A stretch of 64,000 nucleotides of DNA from Flavobacteriales bacterium (GCA_040376005.1 JBEIRK010000001.1:12150-76149); one strand, 5' to 3'. Positions 17,911 through 28,605 are shown, counted from the first letter of the stretch. A program made the numbers and translations. The notes: generated by a model not told the origin, from the letters alone.

Positions 17911-19506
17911 ATGAAAAAGCAAATCTTCCTTATTGCTCTTGTTTTCATTTTTATAGGCTGTTTAAAAGAGCCGAGAAGTAAAATTGAAAAATTGCGGGGA
18001 TTAAAATGGTCAGGCACCTACGCAGCTGCTGTTGTTGATGCCGACTTGAATTTGAACGACGCAGTTGAGCTCGTCACAGGCCTAGTGCAAGGTGGCACAT
18101 ACGGCGATGGAACCTTATACCTAGCATATGAGGAAATGGAATTTAGCAAATATGGATACGAACTGGTAAGGGTTCCCAACCAAAGCGAGAACAGCACTTA
18201 TGAGCTGAGCAGCGGAGAGGAAGGGCAGCTGGCTTCTGGGAGTTTTACAAAGTCGCTGAATTTCAACTGGAATTTCTCAGTAAACGGAATGGCACAAACC
18301 GATAGTATTTGGATGGACAGAGGCCAAATAGCTCCTGTTATATCAAACAGATACAACCATCCCTGCAGTGGGGTTGCTATTTTCCCTGACTTGTTGGTTC
18401 AAGGCCAACCTTTAACCGTCAATTTTACAATTCCAGCCAACGGAACCTACTCAACCGCTGCCTCCATATTGGGAAGCCATATAGACTTTAGCAAAACCAA
18501 CCCATTTCACAATCAATTTCGCATGCAAGCGAGTATTACTTGGACAAACTCAGGGTTTGGATTTTCGCCAAGCGACGGCATTGATTTAGGGTTTGCAGCG
18601 AGCAACATGGTATTCAACAGGGTGTTTGGCACCATGGGCACCGTATCGCTGCTTAACGCCAGCGATAGCATAGAAATATCCTTGTTTCAGAACAACTTGC
18701 CTGGCAATGTAAACTTCGAAGACCCCAAGTTAAAAATCAGCATATCCAACAATACAGGATTGCCACTCAGTTTGGAACCTTCCAACTTACAAGCCCATTA
18801 TGAGTCTTTGGCCAGTCAAACCATCACAGGGGCGCCTGCTGCCTTAAACATAAGCGGAGTATCGCATAACAATGCGGGAAGCACATTAAAGGACTCCATC
18901 GTGCTAGACAAGAACAATAGCAATATCAAAGGATTGGTGAACAACCAACCACAGTATATTTCCTATTCCGTGCAGGTTACGGGGAATAAGTTTTCAAACC
19001 CCAAGGTTTTTGTAAGTTCGGATTCAAGGGTGGCTGTAAAAGTCGCATTGGAATTGCCCTTCCATGGCTCTTCCAATGGGCTCACATTGGAAGACACCGT
19101 AGATTTCGACGCGGGCAGTGTAGATGGTATAGAAATCATCGATTGGCTCAATATGCGCTTACAAGTAAAAAATGAAATCCCACTTTCATTGGGTGTTCAG
19201 GCGTATTTCTTAGATGCGCAGAATAAGATACTGGACAGCTTATTTCAACCGTATCGTCAACTTATCGAGGCTGCCAAAGTGGATGCTTCTGGGAATGTCA
19301 CCGCAGCTTATGAGGATTTGTATGATATCGAATTTAACAAGCCTAAAATCAATGCGATACTTCAGGCCAAGAAATTGAAGTTTAAAGTTATTGCGCCCAC
19401 AGCCTTATACAATGGTTCATCCGTACCCATCAAAATAAGCAACCTACAGCATCTTAAAATCAAAGTTGGTCTTCATACTAAATTATCTGTTAATGAAACG
19501 TTATAA
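17911..19506 (+). CDS. Hypothetical lipoprotein, 531 aa
   Basis: Lipobox FIFIGC, then Ser/Asn/Gly-rich beta-type sequence. No recognised domain. Confidence 0.4.
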   Translation: MKKQIFLIALVFIFIGCLKEPRSKIEKLRGLKWSGTYAAAVVDADLNLNDAVELVTGLVQGGTYGDGTLYLAYEEMEFSKYGYELVRVPNQSENSTYELSSGEEGQLASGSFTKSLNFNWNFSVNGMAQTDSIWMDRGQIAPVISNRYNHPCSGVAIFPDLLVQGQPLTVNFTIPANGTYSTAASILGSHIDFSKTNPFHNQFRMQASITWTNSGFGFSPSDGIDLGFAASNMVFNRVFGTMGTVSLLNASDSIEISLFQNNLPGNVNFEDPKLKISISNNTGLPLSLEPSNLQAHYESLASQTITGAPAALNISGVSHNNAGSTLKDSIVLDKNNSNIKGLVNNQPQYISYSVQVTGNKFSNPKVFVSSDSRVAVKVALELPFHGSSNGLTLEDTVDFDAGSVDGIEIIDWLNMRLQVKNEIPLSLGVQAYFLDAQNKILDSLFQPYRQLIEAAKVDASGNVTAAYEDLYDIEFNKPKINAILQAKKLKFKVIAPTALYNGSSVPIKISNLQHLKIKVGLHTKLSVNETL

Positions 19507-20914
19507 TCTTCTCGCAGGATTGATGTTCTTTGTTTTGGCTGTGCAAGCCCAACAAAACTTCACCTTATACCCTATGCGTAGCATTCCGCAGTCGCATTTG
19601 TTAAATCCAGCAAACACACCTGATTCTAAGTGGCATATTGGAATACCCGCATTAAACAGCACCTATTTACAATACAGCAATGGAGGATTCAATCTCAACA
19701 AGTTTTTCAGCGCAGTGGAGCCCGCAGGGACGGATACAACCGTTTTAAATTTGAATACACTCTTGGATATCATGTCTAAGAAAAACTATATCGCATTTAA
19801 AGTGGAGCAGAGCTGGTTACAGGGTGGTTTTAAGTTTCAAAACCATTATTTCCATGGTTCTATCATAGAAAAAGCGAATGTCCGCATTTCTTTACCTAAA
19901 GACCTATTCCGTTTCGTAATTGATGGAAATGGAGGTGCGAATTTGGGACAAACATTTAGTTTGGCCCCCAAAGCGGAGGCGATACATTACAGAGAGTTTG
20001 CGATTGGTTATACCTATGCTTTGCCTGGCTCTATTCAAATCGGAGGAAGAGTTAAATACTTGAAAGGCTTTAATGTATTGCAGACGAAGAGTCTTGTTGC
20101 TGATATCACTACAGATCCGATAGACTATGCTTACAATATCAAAGCCAATATAGAAATCAATTCTGCAAGTTCATTTGCGCAACTATTGCCAACCAATGGC
20201 AGCGATACCGTAGACTTCGGGGTTCCTAACTTGTTTAAAAGCAACAATAGCGGCTTGGGATTCGATCTAGGTGCAAGTTGGCAGATCAAAGACAAACTCA
20301 CATTAAATGCTTCCATCTTAGACATGGGCTTTATCAATTGGAATCAGAATACAGTGAGCTATGTGAGCAGAAATCCAAATGCTGTATTTCGGTATGATGG
20401 CATAAAAATCTCTTCTAGCGACACACAGGCATTTGAATCCTATTTCCAGAAATTGGGAGACACCTTGCTTCAAGTGTTTGCAGTTGACACTGTAAGAAGG
20501 ACTTTTAGGACAGCCTTAAGCACTGAGTTTTTTATAGGCGGTCAATATCAAATCAATAAAAGAAGTAGCGCAGGTGCCTTGTTTTACGGCGATTTTTACA
20601 ACAAGAGATTTTACCCAGGATTGAGCCTAAACTACCAATACAAGGTAGGCAAAGCCTTATCCTTTAACGTTACGAATACCATGTACAACAGAAGCTTACT
20701 CAATGTAGGCTTGGGTGTTTCTGTAAATGCGGGACCATGGCAAGTTTATTCTGTAATGGACAATGTGCTATTCCCATTTGCAATCAGCAGTTTAAAAACC
20801 TTCTCATGGAGATTTGGGAGCAACTTAACCTTTGGAAGGGAACGGTTGAAACCAAAGAAATCAAAGCCGGATGGGGCTGAGAAACCCGCCGACATTGATC
20901 CGAATAGCATATAA
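19493..20914 (+). CDS. Putative outer-membrane beta-barrel protein, ~473 aa; its N-terminus is weakly PorP/SprF-like
   Basis: Signal peptide MKRYNLLAGLMFFVLAVQAQ, then QNFTLYPMRSIPQSHLLNPANTP, which contains an NPA motif as in PorP/SprF N-termini. Alternating hydrophobic residues throughout. It overlaps the upstream lipoprotein gene by 14 nt. Confidence 0.4.
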   Translation: MKRYNLLAGLMFFVLAVQAQQNFTLYPMRSIPQSHLLNPANTPDSKWHIGIPALNSTYLQYSNGGFNLNKFFSAVEPAGTDTTVLNLNTLLDIMSKKNYIAFKVEQSWLQGGFKFQNHYFHGSIIEKANVRISLPKDLFRFVIDGNGGANLGQTFSLAPKAEAIHYREFAIGYTYALPGSIQIGGRVKYLKGFNVLQTKSLVADITTDPIDYAYNIKANIEINSASSFAQLLPTNGSDTVDFGVPNLFKSNNSGLGFDLGASWQIKDKLTLNASILDMGFINWNQNTVSYVSRNPNAVFRYDGIKISSSDTQAFESYFQKLGDTLLQVFAVDTVRRTFRTALSTEFFIGGQYQINKRSSAGALFYGDFYNKRFYPGLSLNYQYKVGKALSFNVTNTMYNRSLLNVGLGVSVNAGPWQVYSVMDNVLFPFAISSLKTFSWRFGSNLTFGRERLKPKKSKPDGAEKPADIDPNSI

Positions 20915-21311
20915 AAAAGGGCCTTGCGGTGGAACTTGCTATGGAGACGATATCTGATGCATTGGACGCTGCCATTCCACAAAACGCAAGCTTAAAACCA
21001 CTTGTTGGTTGGGAGGTACTTCATGGAATTGGTTTTTACAAAATACTGGGTTAGCATGGTCCAGGCTGATCTATTTTTTTAGTCACTCCTTATGATCGTA
21101 ATGTCGGAGTTGTGTTTTTCGCAGTTTCACCTTGGGGAGCATTACATTTTCGAGAGTGTAATGGTTGTGGGCGCCTTGCATGGACTTGAAAAAAGCAGCG
21201 AAATGAAGGGCGTTTACAATTTGTTGAATGATGCCTGTAAAAGAGGCATAAATTGCGGGTTCTTCCAAAGAGATGTGTGCTAAGGTAAAAGACAAGTCGG
21301 AAACTCCGCTG

Positions 21312-23870
21312 ATGAAGCAATATTACAGCATCAAGGCCCAATATCCAGGCGCCCTGTTGCTGTTTCGTGTAGGCGATTTTTATGAAACCTTCGATGAAGA
21401 TGCACGGACTACGAGCAAAGTACTGGGAATCGTTTTAACCAAACGATCTAATGGTGCTGCTTCAGAAATGGATTTGGCAGGCTTTCCACACCATTCTCTA
21501 GACAGTTATTTGCCCCGCCTGGTGCGCGCGGGCTACAGGGTTGCGATATGCGATCAACTGGAAGACCCAAAACTAACCAAAACCATTGTAAAACGCGGCG
21601 TAACAGAGCTCGTAACGCCAGGAGTGAGTTATAATGACAAAGTCTTGGAAAGCCGAAAAAGCAATTACCTGTGCTCCATTTACGCCCAAGGCGAAGAGAT
21701 TGGTATCGCATTCTTGGATATTAGTACAGGAGAGTTTTTTGCTACCCAAGGCGCGGAAAGCCAAATTCAGCGTTTGGTGCAAAACTTCAAACCAGCAGAA
21801 ACCTTGGCTCCTAAGGATCAAATGGCTTTTGCTATGCGCATGGCGATAGACAGTGCTTCTGGCCAGTCACCAGAAACATGGACCTACCAACTCCCCTATT
21901 GCACTGAAAAATTATGCCGTCAATTTGGAACTACAACCCTTAAAGGATTTGGAATTGCCGAACTGGATCTTGCAGTAATTGCTGCAGGTGCAGCGCTTCA
22001 ATACTTAGAGAACACCCACCACAATCAAATTTCGCATATATCCGGAATTAGCAGGATAGATGAAGCGAGTTTCATGTGGCTCGATGGGTTTACGGTGCGC
22101 AACTTGGAATTGCTTCAACCTATATTTCCGGGAGGCAAACCCCTGTTGGAAATTTTAGATAAAACGCTTACTCCCATGGGCGCGCGATTGCTTCGCAATT
22201 GGATAGTGATGCCGCTGGCAAACTTAAACGCAATAGAAGCGCGACATCAAGTAGTTGAGGATTTATATAAAAACAGAAAGTTGCTGGAAAAGGTTCGAGA
22301 GAAACTCGAAACCATCGGCGATTTAAACCGTATTGCTGCTAAAATTTCACTAAACCGTGTAAATCCGCGTGAGATATTACAATTGTCTCGCAGCCTCAAA
22401 TCCGTTACTGATTTGCATGAACTGCTAAAAGAGAAAGGTTTAAACACCCTGGACGGATTGGAATCTTGTGCAGCGCTTGTAGCACTTATTGATCAAGAAA
22501 TCCATCCAGAAGCGCCTATGCTCATTGCCAAAGGCAATGTTATCGCAGATGGTGTAGACCCAGAGCTAGACCACCTGAGAAAACTGGCGTATTCGGGAAA
22601 GGACTACTTATTAGAAATTCAGAAAAGGGAAATTCAAAACACAGGAATCCCCTCGTTAAAGATTGGATTTAACAATGTATTTGGCTACTACCTGGAAGTT
22701 ACTCATGTGCACAAGGATAAAGTCCCAGCAGATTGGATTCGGAAGCAAACCTTAACTGGCGCGGAGAGATACATCACTCCAGAGCTAAAGGAATATGAAG
22801 AAAAAATCCTCAATGCGGAGGATAGTATCAGCAGTGTAGAACAGCGTCTTTGGGAAGGATTTGTTATTCGGGCCTCAAGCTGGGTGCCTGCTTTGCAAAG
22901 CAACTCACATAAAATTGCTACCTTCGATTGCCTTGCAGGATTTGCTTGGCAAGCGTTACAAGCGGGTTACAATAGACCTGTAATGGATGAAAGCAGAAAT
23001 CTTGAATTGAAGGATTGCCGCCACCCCGTTATTGAAAGTCAGTTGCCCCCTGATGAAAGCTATATTCCCAATACCATTCGGTTGAATGATGACGAACAAC
23101 GCATCATCATACTCACGGGTCCTAACATGAGTGGTAAGAGTGCTATTTTGCGACAAACTGCGCTATCTGTGATTATGGCGCAAGCAGGTAGTTTTGTGCC
23201 TTGCAGTTCAGCGCAGATTGGCCTTACCGATAAGATTTACACGCGCGTGGGCGCCAGCGATAACATTAGTCTGGGGGAAAGTACCTTTATGGTTGAAATG
23301 ACCGAAACAGCAAGTATTCTAAACAACCTAAGCCATCGCAGCTTGTTGTTATTGGATGAAATAGGTCGCGGAACCAGTACCTATGATGGCGTTTCTTTGG
23401 CATGGAGTATAGCTGAGTTTCTTCAAAGTCACCCGACCAAACCCAAAACCCTGTTTGCCACCCATTATCATGAATTGAATGAATTGGAGTCTAAGTTGGA
23501 TGGCATTAAAAACTATCATATAGCCATTCGGGAACAGTCCAATAAGATTGTGTTTTTGCGCAAACTCACCCCAGGAGGAAGCGAACATTCCTTCGGTATT
23601 CATGTGGCTCAAATGGCTGGAATTCCAAATACAGTGCTATTGCGTGCTTCAGAAATCTTAGGTAATCTAGAGGCAGACAGGGCGAGTATTAGCGGAAGAG
23701 AGAGTATGAAAAACATGAAAAACACAGAGGTTTTTCAGTTAAATATGTTTCAAACAGAAGACCCGAGAGTAAAGCAAATACGCGAAATTCTGGAAAAAAC
23801 AGATATCAATGCCATCTCTCCTATTGACGCCTTGCTCAAGTTGCAAGAGCTTAAAAATAGGTTGAATTAA
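21312..23870 (+). CDS. mutS: DNA mismatch repair protein MutS (MutS1-type), ~852 aa
   Basis: MKQYYSIKAQYPGALLLFRVGDFYETFDEDA is a canonical MutS N-terminus. Walker A GPNMSGKS and the ...LLDEIGRGTSTYDG ABC signature region are present. Confidence 0.9.
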   Translation: MKQYYSIKAQYPGALLLFRVGDFYETFDEDARTTSKVLGIVLTKRSNGAASEMDLAGFPHHSLDSYLPRLVRAGYRVAICDQLEDPKLTKTIVKRGVTELVTPGVSYNDKVLESRKSNYLCSIYAQGEEIGIAFLDISTGEFFATQGAESQIQRLVQNFKPAETLAPKDQMAFAMRMAIDSASGQSPETWTYQLPYCTEKLCRQFGTTTLKGFGIAELDLAVIAAGAALQYLENTHHNQISHISGISRIDEASFMWLDGFTVRNLELLQPIFPGGKPLLEILDKTLTPMGARLLRNWIVMPLANLNAIEARHQVVEDLYKNRKLLEKVREKLETIGDLNRIAAKISLNRVNPREILQLSRSLKSVTDLHELLKEKGLNTLDGLESCAALVALIDQEIHPEAPMLIAKGNVIADGVDPELDHLRKLAYSGKDYLLEIQKREIQNTGIPSLKIGFNNVFGYYLEVTHVHKDKVPADWIRKQTLTGAERYITPELKEYEEKILNAEDSISSVEQRLWEGFVIRASSWVPALQSNSHKIATFDCLAGFAWQALQAGYNRPVMDESRNLELKDCRHPVIESQLPPDESYIPNTIRLNDDEQRIIILTGPNMSGKSAILRQTALSVIMAQAGSFVPCSSAQIGLTDKIYTRVGASDNISLGESTFMVEMTETASILNNLSHRSLLLLDEIGRGTSTYDGVSLAWSIAEFLQSHPTKPKTLFATHYHELNELESKLDGIKNYHIAIREQSNKIVFLRKLTPGGSEHSFGIHVAQMAGIPNTVLLRASEILGNLEADRASISGRESMKNMKNTEVFQLNMFQTEDPRVKQIREILEKTDINAISPIDALLKLQELKNRLN

Positions 23871-26170
23871 AACGAATACAAGAAGCCAACGGCGGGCAGC
23901 AATGGAAGCTGGTCTACCCTCTCTAGTTTCACGCGGTCAAAGTAGAAAATATTTCTACGGTTATATACGTTGGTTAGAGAGAAAGTACCTGCAAATTCAT
24001 TGCCTGATCTCAATTTCCAAGTGCGTTTGATAGAAAAATCAAGGCGATGGTACCATGGCAAACGGCCTCCATTGATTTGGGCATATAGAATTCCTAAGCT
24101 CCCGTTTGTTGTGGTGTAATCCGTAGAAATTCCACCGTCAAAATCATACTTTTGATAATACCCCTGCGTTTGGGTAAAAGGGAAACCAGAGCCTAAATTC
24201 CAACGGAAGGAAATTTCTGTAGGATTGGCTGTGTCAAACGAATAACTAATCAGAATATTGGCATTATGCCTTCTGTCAAAAATAGGTTGATAGGATTGCA
24301 CCCCATCAAAACGATTCACCCAAGTTAGCGAGTACACAGCCCATACATACCAAGGTTTCGCATCGTATTTATAACTAAAATCGCCCCCATAGGCATCACC
24401 CTCTTCTATGATAAAGTCTTGGCGCAGACGTTCAGGCTTGTCCTGATTAAATTGGTCATCATTGAAGAGTTTGTCACGGTTAATATTTGTAATTTGATCA
24501 AAACGCTTGTAAAACGACTCTACATTAAAGTAATGCCTTTTGTAGGTAAAGTCCATGCCAGCAACCAAGTGGCGTGCCTTTTGAAGTCTGTGTGTGAGTT
24601 TTTCGCCGTTAAATGTTTTTGGTAAATTATCCGGACCTGACAAAAAACCATAAAACAGATTCACCACGTCTCTATCACTGATGGCTGACAACAAATTCTG
24701 AGAATAAACACCCGCAGAAGCCTTAATCCCCATAAAAGACCATGGGGAATAGCGCAATTGCAAACGCGGTTCTAGCGTTTTATTGCCTAGAGAAGCATAG
24801 TATTGGCTGCGCAGCCCCATGTTTGCTTTAAACTTCTTACGATTGAATTTATAGTTTGCAAAGCCATTGATTTCAGTGGTACTTTCTTTTTGTTGGATGA
24901 GTCTATCATTCGAATTGTACAACACAAAATCCGTTTCAAAACCATTGAGTTCAATACCCCATTTAAATTCATCTTTACGGAAATTGTAATTGAAATTCAT
25001 TCCCATATTGAATCCCCCGATACCACTTTTTCGCGGTAAGGCATCTGCTTCTGTTTGGGTGATGTTGTATTTAGAATATAAAAAATATCCATCCACACGG
25101 GTTTTGGCTTGGTCTGGCACCACCAAAAACTTACCACCAAAACCATTAGAAACCCAATTATAGCGTGTAGATCCAGGGAAATTCACATCGTCAGAGAATC
25201 GAAATCCGTAGAGCTTACCATAGCCCCCATTGGCGCTATTTACAGAGAATTTAGCAAATACATCCCCAAAATTATAGGGCAATCGATTGGGATTCGCGTA
25301 AGGATAGAAAATTTGTGATGACTGCTTCAAATAGGAATTGCGATAAGAAAGGGCAAAAGAACTATTGCTTTCTCCCCTGCTAAAACGTTTGATCGGCCCT
25401 TCCAACAATACTTTACTCGTAAAAGTACTCGCGCCTGCCTTGGCTTTAAACTGGGTTTTATTTCCATCACGTGTTTTGATATCTACTACGGCAGAAATAC
25501 GTCCGCCATATTCGCTACCAAAGCCCGCAGAATAGACATCAGCGGTATTCACCAATTCGGTTTCGAATACAGAATACAAGCCAATAGAGTGGAATGGGTT
25601 ATAGATGGTCATACCATCCAGCATGACGCGGTTCATTACAGGAGAACCGCCGCGAATGTAAAGTTGACCGCCCTGATCCCCACTGAATACCACACCGGGC
25701 AGTACCTGCAGGTATTGCATAATATCCGGCTCAGCTCCTACTGCGGGTAGACGTTGAATTTCTTTTTGATCAATTTCTATATGCCCTGGATCATCAGGGG
25801 CTTTGCGCTGCGCTTTCACTACAGCGCCGGACATACGAATGGTGCGGTTTAAGAACACATCCAAACGCACATTGGTACTTTCAACTACAGTTACTTCATA
25901 CGTTGCGGTATCGTAGTTCCCGGTCCAAATGCTAATGATTACTTTGCCTGGAGTTAATTTTACAACGGAAAAATATCCGTCATCATCGGATTGAAGCACC
26001 CGATTGTCTTGTGAATTTGTAACAAATGCGGCACTGATGCGGTCACCCGATTTGGCATCATATATAAACCCTCTTACATCGCCAGTTTGGGCAAAGGCTA
26101 TTGAGGAGCACACAGCGAGAACCGCAAAAAATAGAATTTTCAAGCCTACAAAAATAGAGATGACAGGCAC
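23867..26170 (-). CDS. TonB-dependent outer-membrane receptor with an N-terminal carboxypeptidase-regulatory-like domain, 767 aa
   Basis: Signal peptide, then GDVRGFIYDAKSGDRISAAFV (CarbopepD_reg-like), a plug region (PGV..SGDQGG..IRGG) and a C-terminal ...FLYSF ending in an aromatic residue. Confidence 0.8.
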   Translation of the reverse strand: MPVISIFVGLKILFFAVLAVCSSIAFAQTGDVRGFIYDAKSGDRISAAFVTNSQDNRVLQSDDDGYFSVVKLTPGKVIISIWTGNYDTATYEVTVVESTNVRLDVFLNRTIRMSGAVVKAQRKAPDDPGHIEIDQKEIQRLPAVGAEPDIMQYLQVLPGVVFSGDQGGQLYIRGGSPVMNRVMLDGMTIYNPFHSIGLYSVFETELVNTADVYSAGFGSEYGGRISAVVDIKTRDGNKTQFKAKAGASTFTSKVLLEGPIKRFSRGESNSSFALSYRNSYLKQSSQIFYPYANPNRLPYNFGDVFAKFSVNSANGGYGKLYGFRFSDDVNFPGSTRYNWVSNGFGGKFLVVPDQAKTRVDGYFLYSKYNITQTEADALPRKSGIGGFNMGMNFNYNFRKDEFKWGIELNGFETDFVLYNSNDRLIQQKESTTEINGFANYKFNRKKFKANMGLRSQYYASLGNKTLEPRLQLRYSPWSFMGIKASAGVYSQNLLSAISDRDVVNLFYGFLSGPDNLPKTFNGEKLTHRLQKARHLVAGMDFTYKRHYFNVESFYKRFDQITNINRDKLFNDDQFNQDKPERLRQDFIIEEGDAYGGDFSYKYDAKPWYVWAVYSLTWVNRFDGVQSYQPIFDRRHNANILISYSFDTANPTEISFRWNLGSGFPFTQTQGYYQKYDFDGGISTDYTTTNGSLGILYAQINGGRLPWYHRLDFSIKRTWKLRSGNEFAGTFSLTNVYNRRNIFYFDRVKLERVDQLPLLPAVGFLYSF

Positions 26171-26311
26171 ATCAATTTGTCATAAGTTTTAAAAACCTGA
26201 GCAAATCAGTGAAATGGGAGTAAAAATTCAGGAAATTCCGTATGAAAAACATACATAGCCCTTACAGAATGAAACAAGAATCATCAAAATTATTCTAACT
26301 TTGCAGCGTTC

Positions 26312-26956
26312 ATGATTTACCGATTTAAGGTTTGGTTTGAAGATGTAGAAGACGTTACACGTTGGATTGATGTAAAGCCTTCGCATACTTTCTTGGATTT
26401 CCACAATATCATTCAGGAGTCCATTGGTTTTGATAAAAAAGAGTTTGCCTCTTTTTACATCTCAGATGACAAATGGCGCAAATTGATGGAAATCAGTTTG
26501 GAGGACATGCAGATGGGTGATGACGATCAAAATGCTGATCCAGTAATGCTGATGAAAGACAGTAGGATGCGGGATTTTATAAATGATCCGCACCAACGAT
26601 TTGTTTACATCACAGACTTTGTTGCCAATTGGACTTTGTTCTGCGAGCTGCATGCTATTGCAGATGAGCAACCTAAGAAAGAATATCCTTTGATTTTCAA
26701 AAGTGAAGGAAAAGCACCCAGACAGCGCGAGGATAGCAAGTTTAAACTATTAGATGACAATGAGTTTGACGCGTTAGCAGCAAAAATTCTTGCGGCCAAG
26801 GGCGCAACCAATATCATGGAAGGTGCAGAAGAAGAATTGTTGGCGGCAGAAGATGGCGACGATGAAGAAAAAGATGAATTTGGGTTTGATGAACTCGAGG
26901 GAGGCACCGATGATGACTTCAATCTCGACAACGGTTTTTCTGAATTAAGCAGCTAA
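26312..26956 (+). CDS. Hypothetical protein, possibly pRiA4b ORF-3-like (PF07929-like) N-terminal domain with a strongly acidic C-terminal tail, 214 aa
   Basis: YRFKVWFEDVEDVTRWIDVKPSHTFLDFHNIIQ resembles the Y.FKV.L....iWRri.vp...tl.dLH..IQ pattern. The D/E-rich tail is (EEELLAAEDGDDEEKDEFGFDELEGGTDDDF). Its stop overlaps the miaA start (TAATG). Confidence 0.3.
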   Translation: MIYRFKVWFEDVEDVTRWIDVKPSHTFLDFHNIIQESIGFDKKEFASFYISDDKWRKLMEISLEDMQMGDDDQNADPVMLMKDSRMRDFINDPHQRFVYITDFVANWTLFCELHAIADEQPKKEYPLIFKSEGKAPRQREDSKFKLLDDNEFDALAAKILAAKGATNIMEGAEEELLAAEDGDDEEKDEFGFDELEGGTDDDFNLDNGFSELSS

Positions 26957-27897
26957 TGAAGCAGGCCAAACCTGTGGTAATCGTCATAGGTGGCCCTACC
27001 GCTTCCGGCAAAACGGCATTGGGTATTCAGGTGGCATTATCTTGCCACACTGAGATAATTTCAGCAGATTCTAGACAATTATTTTCAGAGTTAAAGATTG
27101 GAGTCGCGCGGCCAACAGATGAAGAGCTCGGGATAGTGCACCATCACCTCATTGCCTCACATAGCATTACACAACCCATGTCAGCAGGAGAATATGCGCA
27201 GGAAGCAACGTCGATATTAAGAAATTTGCTCAACACCCGCGGTATTGCGGTTGTGGTGGGCGGCACTGGTTTTTATATAGATGCACTTTTTGGTGCTATT
27301 GACACCTATACCCCAGTTGGCAATGCACTGCGCCATGAAATAAATGAATTGCATGAAAAGGAAGGATTGACGGGCTTACAAGAAGCATTATTAAAGGAAG
27401 ATCCTGAAGCCTATAGTAGGATTGCGATGGACAATCCGGCTAGGGTAAAAAGGGCCTTAGAATTGGTATTAACTTCTGGAAAAAGCTTACAACATATTTT
27501 TGATGGGGCGAAAACCACACGTAAATCTGAATTTGAAGACTGTATCGTATTAAAATTCTGGTTGAATCCTGAAAGAGAAGAGCTCTATGAGAGAATAAAC
27601 AAGCGCTGCGATGCAATGATAGAGGAAGGCTTCATCGAAGAGGCCAAAAACTGCCTGCCTTATAGAGAAAGCAATGCGTTAAAAACCGTTGGGTATACTG
27701 AAGCATTTCAATATCTAGACGGCACATACAGTTATGATGCCTTTGTTGATGTATTTAAACAGCGCAGCAGGAACTACGCAAAGCGACAAGTAACTTGGTT
27801 TAGAAATTCAAAAGATTTTATTTCACTTGATCCTCATGATGCGGAAGGTCGTATTTTTGAAACCTTAAAATTACATGGATATACAATTCACCAATGA
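26956..27897 (+). CDS. miaA: tRNA dimethylallyltransferase MiaA, 313 aa
   Basis: P-loop VVIVIGGPTASGKTALGIQVA..EIISADSRQLF and the rest of the sequence fit MiaA. Confidence 0.9.
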   Translation: MKQAKPVVIVIGGPTASGKTALGIQVALSCHTEIISADSRQLFSELKIGVARPTDEELGIVHHHLIASHSITQPMSAGEYAQEATSILRNLLNTRGIAVVVGGTGFYIDALFGAIDTYTPVGNALRHEINELHEKEGLTGLQEALLKEDPEAYSRIAMDNPARVKRALELVLTSGKSLQHIFDGAKTTRKSEFEDCIVLKFWLNPEREELYERINKRCDAMIEEGFIEEAKNCLPYRESNALKTVGYTEAFQYLDGTYSYDAFVDVFKQRSRNYAKRQVTWFRNSKDFISLDPHDAEGRIFETLKLHGYTIHQ

Positions 27898-28597
27898 GGC
27901 ATTAATAAGCCTAGGCGTCCTTACCCTTCTTGAAGTAGTCTTGGGTATAGACAATATCATTTTCGTGTCAATACTGGCCGCGAAAATGCCTAAAGACAGG
28001 CAACGTCAAGGCAGAAGGGTGGGTTTAATGATAGGGATGCTTGTGCGCATTATCATGCTATTGGGAATAGACTGGGTGCGTCGTCAGGAAGCGACCCTAT
28101 TTACGATAATAGGAAATGAAATTTCAGGCAAGGATTTGATGCTTATCATTGGGGGCTTGTTTTTGTTATACCAAAGTGTACATGAAATTCATTTAAAGCT
28201 AAAAGGATATACAGAAGAAGTAAAAGAGAGAACCGATGCGCGTGGGGTATCCGCTATATTTTTACAAATGGCACTCTTAAACATTGTGTTTTCATTAGAC
28301 TCAGTAATCACCGCTATTGGCATGGCAGATCATCTGTGGGTAATGATTACAGCGGTTGTATTATCTATGGTAGTTATGCTAGGCGCAAGTGGTCCCATTG
28401 CGAAATTTGTAAACAAGCATCCCTCTATAAAGATACTCGCCCTTTCTTTCTTGGTAATGATTGGCGTTTCCTTGCTAGCCGAAGGATTTGATCAGCACTT
28501 CAACAAGGGGTATATCTATTTTGGTATGGCATTTTCATTTGCCATAGAGCTTATCAATATGAGGGTTGACCGGATGAGTAAAAATCCGTTAAAATAA
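27875..28597 (+). CDS. TerC/Alx-family integral membrane protein, 240 aa
   Basis: LGIDNIIFVSILAAKMP...LSLDSVITAIGMA carries TerC family motifs, and there are multiple TM helices. Confidence 0.8.
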   Translation: MDIQFTNEALISLGVLTLLEVVLGIDNIIFVSILAAKMPKDRQRQGRRVGLMIGMLVRIIMLLGIDWVRRQEATLFTIIGNEISGKDLMLIIGGLFLLYQSVHEIHLKLKGYTEEVKERTDARGVSAIFLQMALLNIVFSLDSVITAIGMADHLWVMITAVVLSMVVMLGASGPIAKFVNKHPSIKILALSFLVMIGVSLLAEGFDQHFNKGYIYFGMAFSFAIELINMRVDRMSKNPLK

Positions 28598-28605
28598 CTA
28601 GCTAC

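Noticed and set aside
20915-21311. ~400-bp gap upstream of mutS with several small track ORFs (21083-21341 region) as a possible sRNA or small-protein locus
   Set aside because: No conserved structure or terminator was recognisable by eye, and the ORFs are mutually overlapping on both strands. Left as an unexplained intergenic region rather than a feature.
21273-23870. Possibility that the MutS homolog is a MutS2/defence-associated paralog
   Set aside because: The N-terminal mismatch-binding domain (GDFYETF), the connector/clamp domains and the ~850-aa length are canonical MutS1. It has no Smr or nuclease domain.
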